Below, piece after piece: positions 57,578-64,000 of a stretch of 64,000 nt of DNA. Position 1 is the first letter of the stretch; each line of letters starts with the position of its first letter. This DNA comes from Candidatus Doudnabacteria bacterium RIFCSPHIGHO2_01_FULL_46_14 (GTDB lineage: Bacteria; Patescibacteriota; Doudnabacteria; UBA920; 2-01-FULL-46-14), in contig MFEK01000014.1 of the NCBI GenBank assembly GCA_001779925.1, positions 1,011 through 65,010 of the forward strand. The letters run 5' to 3'. Below the pieces are notes generated by a model. The model was not told the DNA's origin, made no database searches, and saw only the letters and a program-made list of their open reading frames with translations. The position numbers were made by a program, and so were the translations under genes.

Positions 57578-57607
57578 CGTTGTACAATTCGGTAGAATTG
57601 TACAACG
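57578..57607. repeat. Inverted copy of the 57242 palindrome, downstream of the ArsR gene
   Basis: CGTTGTACAATTC-GGTA-GAATTGTACAACG; reverse complement 28/30 identical. Confidence 0.85.
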
Positions 57608-57674
57608 TATTCCCGCGGGTGCGGGTTGCATATCGTGCTTGAAAAAGAGCTTTTTTGATGGTATAGTAAAAGTC

Positions 57675-58409
57675 ATGGAATTGACTGTCTTAATCCCAGC
57701 CTACAATGAAGCGGGCCGTTTACCTGCTACTTTAAAGAAAGTTTTTGGGCAGCTTCAGGGGAATTTTTCCATGGGCAGTTACGAAGTTTTGGTAGCCAAT
57801 GATGGAAGCCGTGACAATACTGCCGCAATTGTTTCTGAATTGGTCTCAGTTTATCCTGGACTGCGGCTGCTTGATTACAAAATAAACCGGGGTCGCGGGG
57901 AGGTATGCAAAGCTGCGGTTGGCGAGGCGCAAGGAAAATACATTTTGATTTCTGATGCGGACGGCAGTACTGATGTAAAATTTATCCGTTCGTTTTTTGA
58001 TTTTTTGGAAAGACATCTGGAGGTGGACATTCTCACTGGCAGCCGCGATATTGTGGACGCGAAAATCCTTACGCCCCAGCCGGTACTGCGCGTATTTTTT
58101 AACAAAGTTTTTTTACTCATGGCTAAGGCGTTGTTTGGCTGGCCAATGCACGACCGGGTCAATGGTTTTAAGATGTTCCGCCGTGATGCGGCCCTTGATA
58201 TTTATCCGCACCAGACAGAAAAGAGTTTTTTTGCCGAGGCGGAGCTCATTTTTATTGCTGACCAGCGCGGCTGGGAGGTAAAAGAGCTGCCTATCGAATG
58301 GACGGATGACCGTGATTCGCGCGTTAAACCTTTTCGCGAAGCCTGGCGCTCATTTTGGGGAATGTTTCGCATTGTCTGGCGGGGTAAAACCGGATTTTAT
58401 AATAAATAA
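57675..58409 (+). CDS. GT2 polyprenyl-phosphate glycosyltransferase (DPG-synthase-like)
   Basis: IPAYNE, NDGS.D, DADGS and GFKMF motifs. Confidence 0.88.
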   Translation: MELTVLIPAYNEAGRLPATLKKVFGQLQGNFSMGSYEVLVANDGSRDNTAAIVSELVSVYPGLRLLDYKINRGRGEVCKAAVGEAQGKYILISDADGSTDVKFIRSFFDFLERHLEVDILTGSRDIVDAKILTPQPVLRVFFNKVFLLMAKALFGWPMHDRVNGFKMFRRDAALDIYPHQTEKSFFAEAELIFIADQRGWEVKELPIEWTDDRDSRVKPFREAWRSFWGMFRIVWRGKTGFYNK

Positions 58410-60236
58410 ATGCAGTTATCAATAATCATCCCAGCTTATAACGAAGAAAACCGCCTGGCCCTGACCTTGGACCGGATTTTTGAATATTTGGCCGTGCATT
58501 ACCAGGGCGATTATGAGGTGATTATTGCGGATGATGGTTCCACAGACCGCACCGTGGAAATTGTTGCCGCTTATATGAAACGCCATCCGGAACTCAGGCT
58601 TTTAAAATTCGCCGCAAACCGAGGCCGGGGCGCCGCAGTCCGCAGCGCGGTTTCTGAGGCCAAAGGCGATTTTATCCTTGAGACTGATGCGGACGGCAGT
58701 ACAAATGAGCATGCGATCATTGCTTTTTTGAGCTATTTGGCCAAGCACCAGGACACCGATGTTTTGGTTGGTTCGCGCAATATTGAGGGCTCGCGTGTGC
58801 TTTCACCTCAGCCTGTATTGCGGGTGATGCTTGGCTACGCGTTTTTATTTTTGGCCAAGTTTTTGTACGGCTGGCCGCTCGTGGACCGGCAAAACCGCTT
58901 CAAGATGTTCCGACGTGAGGCGGCATTCGATATTTTTCGTTGCCAAAAAGACAATGGATTTTTGGCGGAAGCAGAAATCGTCTACATCGCAGAAAAACGC
59001 GGCTGGCAGGTAAAAGAATTGCCGATTTTGTGGACCGAATACAAAGGCTCGCACGTGCGGCCGTTTCGTGATTCGTGGCGTTCGCTGATCGGCATGTTTC
59101 AGATATTGCTGAGGAGCCATCGAGGCGAGTATTCTCAAAATATTTCTGTCTCGCAAAAGCCGAAAGCAGAAGCTGCGGCAAAAAACGAATTTGTCAGCGT
59201 GCTCATCACTGGCGGCTGCGGGTTTATCGGTTCCAATTTTGTCCGTTATTTTTATCACAATCATCCGCGCGCCAAGATCGTAAATCTTGATCTTTTAACC
59301 TATGCTGGAAATATCGCGAACCTGCGCGATCTTCAAGATTTGGAATCGCTTCTGCCGGAAGCGCGGCGCCGGTATTCTTTTGTGCAAGGCGATATTTGCG
59401 ATCCGCAGCTTTTGGAGGAGCTATTTGCCAAAAATCATTTTGATTTGGTGGTGCATTTTGCTGCCGAGTCGCATGTGGACCGTTCGATATTTAACATGGG
59501 TGATTTTGTGCGCACTAACATCGAGGGGACGCGGATTTTGGCGGAGACGGCACGCCGGCACGCCATCAAGCGGTTTGTTAATATTTCTACCGATGAGGTT
59601 TATGGCTCGATAAAGGATGGCTACGCATCCGAAGAGTGGACTCTCCGGCCTTCCAATCCTTACTCTGCATCTAAGGCCGGAGCAGATCTGCTCGTGCAGG
59701 CTTATATTCGCACTCATGACCTGCCGGCCATCATCATTCGCGGCTCAAACAATTACGGCCCGTTCCAATATCCGGAAAAGCTTATTCCCTTGGCGATCAC
59801 CAATCTTTTAGAGGGGAAAAAGATCCCGGTGCACGGCTATGGCATTCATGTACGCAGCTGGTTGCATGTCCTGGATTTTTGTCGGGCAATTGACGCGATA
59901 GCCAGCGGCAATCCCCAGCATCGAATCTATAATGTGGCTGGCGAGGAAAAAACCAACCATGACGTCTTAGAGCTCATTGCCAGATACCTAGGCAAGAGCC
60001 TTGCGGATCATAGGTTTCATGTTAATGACCGCCCGGGCGCGGATCATCGTTACGCCGTGGACGCAATTCGTTTGGAAAAAGAGTTTGGCAAATTGTCTAT
60101 GCACCAGCCGTTTGAGCAGCAAATCGGCAAGATCGTGCAGTGGTATATTGATAACGCTGATTGGTGGCGCGAGATTCGCCTCAAGGAAGGGTTCACTAGA
60201 GCTTATGAACGACAATCAAAAGGACAGTGGAGTTAG
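58410..60236 (+). CDS. GT2 (DPG-synthase-like) fused to dTDP-glucose 4,6-dehydratase (RmlB)
   Basis: N-half IPAYNE/DADGS; C-half TGGCGFIGSN, AAESHVDRS, STDEVYG, PYSASK and QYPEKLIP. Confidence 0.9.
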   Translation: MQLSIIIPAYNEENRLALTLDRIFEYLAVHYQGDYEVIIADDGSTDRTVEIVAAYMKRHPELRLLKFAANRGRGAAVRSAVSEAKGDFILETDADGSTNEHAIIAFLSYLAKHQDTDVLVGSRNIEGSRVLSPQPVLRVMLGYAFLFLAKFLYGWPLVDRQNRFKMFRREAAFDIFRCQKDNGFLAEAEIVYIAEKRGWQVKELPILWTEYKGSHVRPFRDSWRSLIGMFQILLRSHRGEYSQNISVSQKPKAEAAAKNEFVSVLITGGCGFIGSNFVRYFYHNHPRAKIVNLDLLTYAGNIANLRDLQDLESLLPEARRRYSFVQGDICDPQLLEELFAKNHFDLVVHFAAESHVDRSIFNMGDFVRTNIEGTRILAETARRHAIKRFVNISTDEVYGSIKDGYASEEWTLRPSNPYSASKAGADLLVQAYIRTHDLPAIIIRGSNNYGPFQYPEKLIPLAITNLLEGKKIPVHGYGIHVRSWLHVLDFCRAIDAIASGNPQHRIYNVAGEEKTNHDVLELIARYLGKSLADHRFHVNDRPGADHRYAVDAIRLEKEFGKLSMHQPFEQQIGKIVQWYIDNADWWREIRLKEGFTRAYERQSKGQWS

Positions 60237-61458
60237 AACGGTCGGCAATTGCCGAATCTGCCGTTCCACTGCGCTTGCGGAATTTTTTAATTTAGGCGAG
60301 CAGCCGCTGGCTAATTCGTTTTTGAAAGCAGAGGATCTGGAAAAACAGGAGCCGTATTATCCGCTGCGCGTGCTGTTTTGCGAAAGCTGCAATCTGATTC
60401 AGCTCGGCGAGGTTGTAAACCCGGAGCTGATGTTTGGCGATTATGTATATTTTTCCTCGGGCATGCCGGCAAGCGCGCATTTCCGGACTTACGCGGAAAA
60501 TATTGTCAAAAGATTTGTGAGCCGTTCGGAGGATCTGTTTGTGGAGATTGGCAGCAACGACGGGCATTTTTTGTCAGTGGTCAAGGAGACGCACGCGAAT
60601 ATCCTGGGCATTGATCCGGCAAAAAATATTGCCGCAGTGGCCAACAAAAAAGGAATAAAGACTATTCCGGATTTTTTTGGAGCGCGCGTTGCCGCAGATA
60701 CGGCGGCGCAGTATGGACTGGCCAAGGTGATTTTGGGAAATAATGTGGTGGCGCATATTGACGATCACCATGATCTGGCTGCCGGAGTCGATAAGCTTTT
60801 GGCGCCGGACGGCGTATTTATTTTTGAGGCGCCGTACCTCGTGGACATGTTTGAGAATCTGACGTTTGATACGATTTATCATGAGCATCTGTCGTATCTG
60901 GCGGTGCGGCCGATGATCAAACTGCTCGATCAATACAATCTCGAAATTTTTGACGTCGAAATCCATCCCATCCAGGGCCAATCCATCCGGGTTTTTGCCG
61001 GCAGAAAAGGCGTTCGGCCCGTCCAGGGTTCGGTGACCGGCCTCATCAATAAAGAGTTGGCCATGAAATTGGATCAAATTGCCAGCTATTTCAAACTGGC
61101 TGAGAAGATAGAGAATTTAAAAAAAGAAGTGAAGGATTTGGTAAATGATTTAAAAGCGCGGGGGAAAAGGATTATCGGTTATGGCGCACCGGCAAAAGGC
61201 AACACGCTGTTGAATTATTATCGCATTGGCGCGGATATTTTGGATTACGCCACCGAGGAGCTTCCCTCAAAGATCGGTCTTTACACTCCGGGTACGCACA
61301 TTCCAGTCGTTCACGTTTCCGAGTTCAGGGACAATCCGCCTGATTACGCGTTTTTTCTGGCCTGGAATTACCGCGATGCCGTTTTTGAGAAAGAGATGGA
61401 TTTTCGGCGGAAAGGCGGAAAATTTATAATGCCTGTGGGAGAGGTTAGAATGTTATGA
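60205..61458 (+). CDS. NDP-sugar C-methyltransferase family
   Basis: Zn motif CRIC...CESC, EIGSNDG, DTIYHEH, GYGAPAKGNT and AWNY motifs. Confidence 0.88.
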   Translation: MNDNQKDSGVRTVGNCRICRSTALAEFFNLGEQPLANSFLKAEDLEKQEPYYPLRVLFCESCNLIQLGEVVNPELMFGDYVYFSSGMPASAHFRTYAENIVKRFVSRSEDLFVEIGSNDGHFLSVVKETHANILGIDPAKNIAAVANKKGIKTIPDFFGARVAADTAAQYGLAKVILGNNVVAHIDDHHDLAAGVDKLLAPDGVFIFEAPYLVDMFENLTFDTIYHEHLSYLAVRPMIKLLDQYNLEIFDVEIHPIQGQSIRVFAGRKGVRPVQGSVTGLINKELAMKLDQIASYFKLAEKIENLKKEVKDLVNDLKARGKRIIGYGAPAKGNTLLNYYRIGADILDYATEELPSKIGLYTPGTHIPVVHVSEFRDNPPDYAFFLAWNYRDAVFEKEMDFRRKGGKFIMPVGEVRML

Positions 61459-63755
61459 GGCTGAAAGTCTTTTTAGTTTTTATTGTCGCCGTCGCTTTGC
61501 CGCTGCTGCCGCAGATTTCCGGCCGCTTCACTTTCGCTAACGGTGATGTTTTGAACCTGCATCTGCCAACTCTGCAATTTTACGCTGATTCTCTGAAAGC
61601 CGGGCAGAGTTTTTTTTGGAATCCTTATACTTTGGGAGGCTTCCCGTCGTTTGCCAGCACGGCTGGGGGACTACTGTCTCCTTTAAATCTGGCGCTATTC
61701 AGTTTTTTGCCGATGCTTAACGCTCATATTTTGGCGATTGTATTTAATTTGGCACTAGCCGGATTTTTTACCGCGATTTTTTTGAAGCGCTTGGGACTGT
61801 CTTTCTGGCCGCAAATTTTCGGGGGAATGATTTTTGTTTTCAGCCAGTGGTTCATAGTCAGCGATTTGGGAATTGTAAATAGCTTTCCGGTTTTACCGCT
61901 ACTCTTCATTGTTCTTTGGGAAGCGCAGAATAAAAAATTACCCGTGGTTTTGGGAGGATTACTGCTTGGCTTCATGTGGTTTGCCGCTCACTATAACTGG
62001 ATTTTTATGATTTTGGCGTCCGGTATGGCTTTTGCTCTCTACCTGGGGCCGAAGGTTGTTGGAAAATACTTGCTCATGAATTTGATCGGAGGAGTAATCG
62101 CCATCCCTCAGATTTATTCTGCTTTTATTTACAGCCAGTTATCGGCGCGCACCGCGGTGAGTTTTTTGGAAGCGCAGGGCGGAGGGCTGGCGGTATTTGA
62201 TCTGCCGAAATTGTTTTTGCCTTTTTTAAGATTTTCTTTTTTGAGTAACGCCGAGGCCCTGATTTATATCGGGCTGGTGCCGCTCTGTTTTTTAGCGCTG
62301 GGTTTCTTTGTGAAAAACAAAGCCGCGAATTTTTTTAAAATTCTGTTCGTGCTCAGTTTAATCCTATCAGTTAAATATTCCCCTTTATTTTGGATTTTGA
62401 ATAAACTGCCGGTGTTTGAAAATTTCCGCGGGCCTTCACGATGGATGTTTGTGGGATTTTTTGCCGCAAGCGTTTTGGCGGCTTATAGCCTAGAGGAATT
62501 GCCGAAGCTGGAAATAAAATCCTGGCTCGGAAGAATTTTTTATTGGGTCGGCGTCTCTGTTCTAACTCTCGCCCTGCTTATTTCTATGGTGATCGGGCTT
62601 TTTGGGCAAAGATTGCAAGCTTGGCTGATTGTTTTTTTTGACGTCAATTTTTATGCGAGGACGTCCCAAATTTTACCTGCCCAGCATTACCATCAGGTAG
62701 TGCGGAATATGTTCGAGGAGGTGAGGTCGGCTTTTGCCATGTCAAACTTGAAATTTTTGTTTTCTGCATTGTTTTTGTTTTTAGGGATATTGGTGATAAA
62801 GGCTGTCTTCAATAAAAAAGAGATTAAACCCAAATATTTGGTTTTGTTCTCGATAGCTAATTTCCTGCTCGTTTTCGGTTTTTATCACGCGAATTTACCT
62901 GTTAAAACATGGGCCCGCCAGCCCGAAACCGCGCAGATCCTGCAGTCCCGGCCAGGAAAGGCCGTTTCGTTTCTGCCCGGGATTTTTGAATGGCAAAAAC
63001 TCTCCGTGCCATATGGATATAATCCTGAGGAAACTTTCTATTTCCAATCGGAAATCCTGGCGCCCAATCTGAATGTTTTGTATCAAATTCCTTCCTTGGA
63101 TGGATACGAAAATTTGATGCCGAGAAGATCGGCGAGAATTCTATCGCTATTGGGAAGTGACCGGGCAACTACTGGGGAAAAACTGTCTGAATTTTCCATC
63201 CCGTCCGAAGAAAAATTAAATATCTTTTTACAAAAAAAAACACTTTTGGATAAACTGGGGATTAGGACAGTGATTTCAGCTTTGCCGTTCCCGGGGGACG
63301 AGTTTAGCAAGATTTCTGAACATACGGCGACAACGCACGCCATTCCCATATATGTCTATGAAAACTCCGATGCCCGTCCCGTTCTATACGCAGCAGAGAA
63401 AATTGTAAAAATTAGTCCGGATGAGACCGCGGCTTTTAGTTTGATTCAAACACTGGCTGCCGACACTGACCTTTTGGAATGCGATCCTTGCCCTGGTTTC
63501 AGCCCGAGTCCGGTTCAGGATTTGAAAGTTCTGGCAAAAACCAATGATTCAATTCAGTTCCAGGTTCAGTCACAGGGTGATGCTTTGATTGTGTTTGGAC
63601 AAACTAATCTTCCTGGATGGCAGGCCGCAGTTGATGGGGTGCGAACGGAAATTTTTACCGTCAATTCGCTTTATATGGGAGTGGTCGCGCCGGCCGGGCA
63701 GCACATTGTGGAGTTTAAATACCGTCTGCTACAGTTGTTAAAAAGGGGAAATTAG
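61455..63755 (+). CDS. YfhO-like GT-C membrane protein
   Basis: WNPY..GGFP, FRGPSRW and PGWQA.VDG...V.AGQH.VEFKY motifs. Confidence 0.8.
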   Translation: MRLKVFLVFIVAVALPLLPQISGRFTFANGDVLNLHLPTLQFYADSLKAGQSFFWNPYTLGGFPSFASTAGGLLSPLNLALFSFLPMLNAHILAIVFNLALAGFFTAIFLKRLGLSFWPQIFGGMIFVFSQWFIVSDLGIVNSFPVLPLLFIVLWEAQNKKLPVVLGGLLLGFMWFAAHYNWIFMILASGMAFALYLGPKVVGKYLLMNLIGGVIAIPQIYSAFIYSQLSARTAVSFLEAQGGGLAVFDLPKLFLPFLRFSFLSNAEALIYIGLVPLCFLALGFFVKNKAANFFKILFVLSLILSVKYSPLFWILNKLPVFENFRGPSRWMFVGFFAASVLAAYSLEELPKLEIKSWLGRIFYWVGVSVLTLALLISMVIGLFGQRLQAWLIVFFDVNFYARTSQILPAQHYHQVVRNMFEEVRSAFAMSNLKFLFSALFLFLGILVIKAVFNKKEIKPKYLVLFSIANFLLVFGFYHANLPVKTWARQPETAQILQSRPGKAVSFLPGIFEWQKLSVPYGYNPEETFYFQSEILAPNLNVLYQIPSLDGYENLMPRRSARILSLLGSDRATTGEKLSEFSIPSEEKLNIFLQKKTLLDKLGIRTVISALPFPGDEFSKISEHTATTHAIPIYVYENSDARPVLYAAEKIVKISPDETAAFSLIQTLAADTDLLECDPCPGFSPSPVQDLKVLAKTNDSIQFQVQSQGDALIVFGQTNLPGWQAAVDGVRTEIFTVNSLYMGVVAPAGQHIVEFKYRLLQLLKRGN

Positions 63756-63757
63756 TC

Positions 63758-64000
63758 ATGTTTTCACATAAAGCTCGGTTGGAGAAAGTTGCCAGCCATC
63801 CTTTTGCCAGGGATGTAGGGATTTTGCAAATTTCTGCGGTGTTCTCCAGAGCGATCGCGGTTTTGACCGCTTTTATTCTTGCGAGGATACTCGGGCCTGA
63901 ACAATATGGATTTTACGCGCTGGTGATCGCTCTGGCCGGCACAATCAATGTTTTTCAGGAGTTCGGGGTGGGCCAGGGTGCGGTCAATCTTCTGGCGCGG
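63758..64000 (+). CDS. wzx: Wzx-type flippase, 5' part (runs off the window)
   Basis: LARILGPEQYGFYAL...EFGVGQG. Confidence 0.8.
   Translation, partial: MFSHKARLEKVASHPFARDVGILQISAVFSRAIAVLTAFILARILGPEQYGFYALVIALAGTINVFQEFGVGQGAVNLLAR

Noticed and set aside
1-64000. tRNA, rRNA, transposase or prophage genes
   Set aside because: None recognised by eye; the intergenic gaps are short and mostly explained by repeats, promoters and terminators.

Overview
This is a 64 kb bacterial window, genetic code 11. It is probably Patescibacteria/CPR, inferred from gene style and repeat content. It begins with a 1272-aa secreted S-layer-like protein and a TPR protein. A ~59 kb surface-glycan locus follows: 8 GT4, 5 GT2 (one fused to RmlB), 1 GT9, 4 GT-C membrane glycosyltransferases, a partial Wzx, Rml/RfbF/RfbH-like enzymes, a transaldolase-AraD-RpiB/HldE heptose-like module and ThDP/C-methyl branched-sugar enzymes. 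A Pif1-like helicase and ArsR and AbrB-like regulators are also present. The most unusual signal is non-coding: a family of 65-99 bp miniature inverted-repeat elements (CCCCGTTAGAAAT...ATTTCTAACGGGG). Seven copies sit exactly in start codons (ATGAA/GTGAA) and duplicate TGAA. Their terminal G rebuilds a GTG start, the upstream TGA stop is kept, and most carry chains of overlapping micro-ORFs that could relay ribosomes across the insert. One copy holds a nested element with a TTAA duplication. Several other palindrome and heptamer repeat families are inserted in-frame at equivalent loops of GT4 proteins. All alignments and coordinates were done by eye, and no database searches were run.
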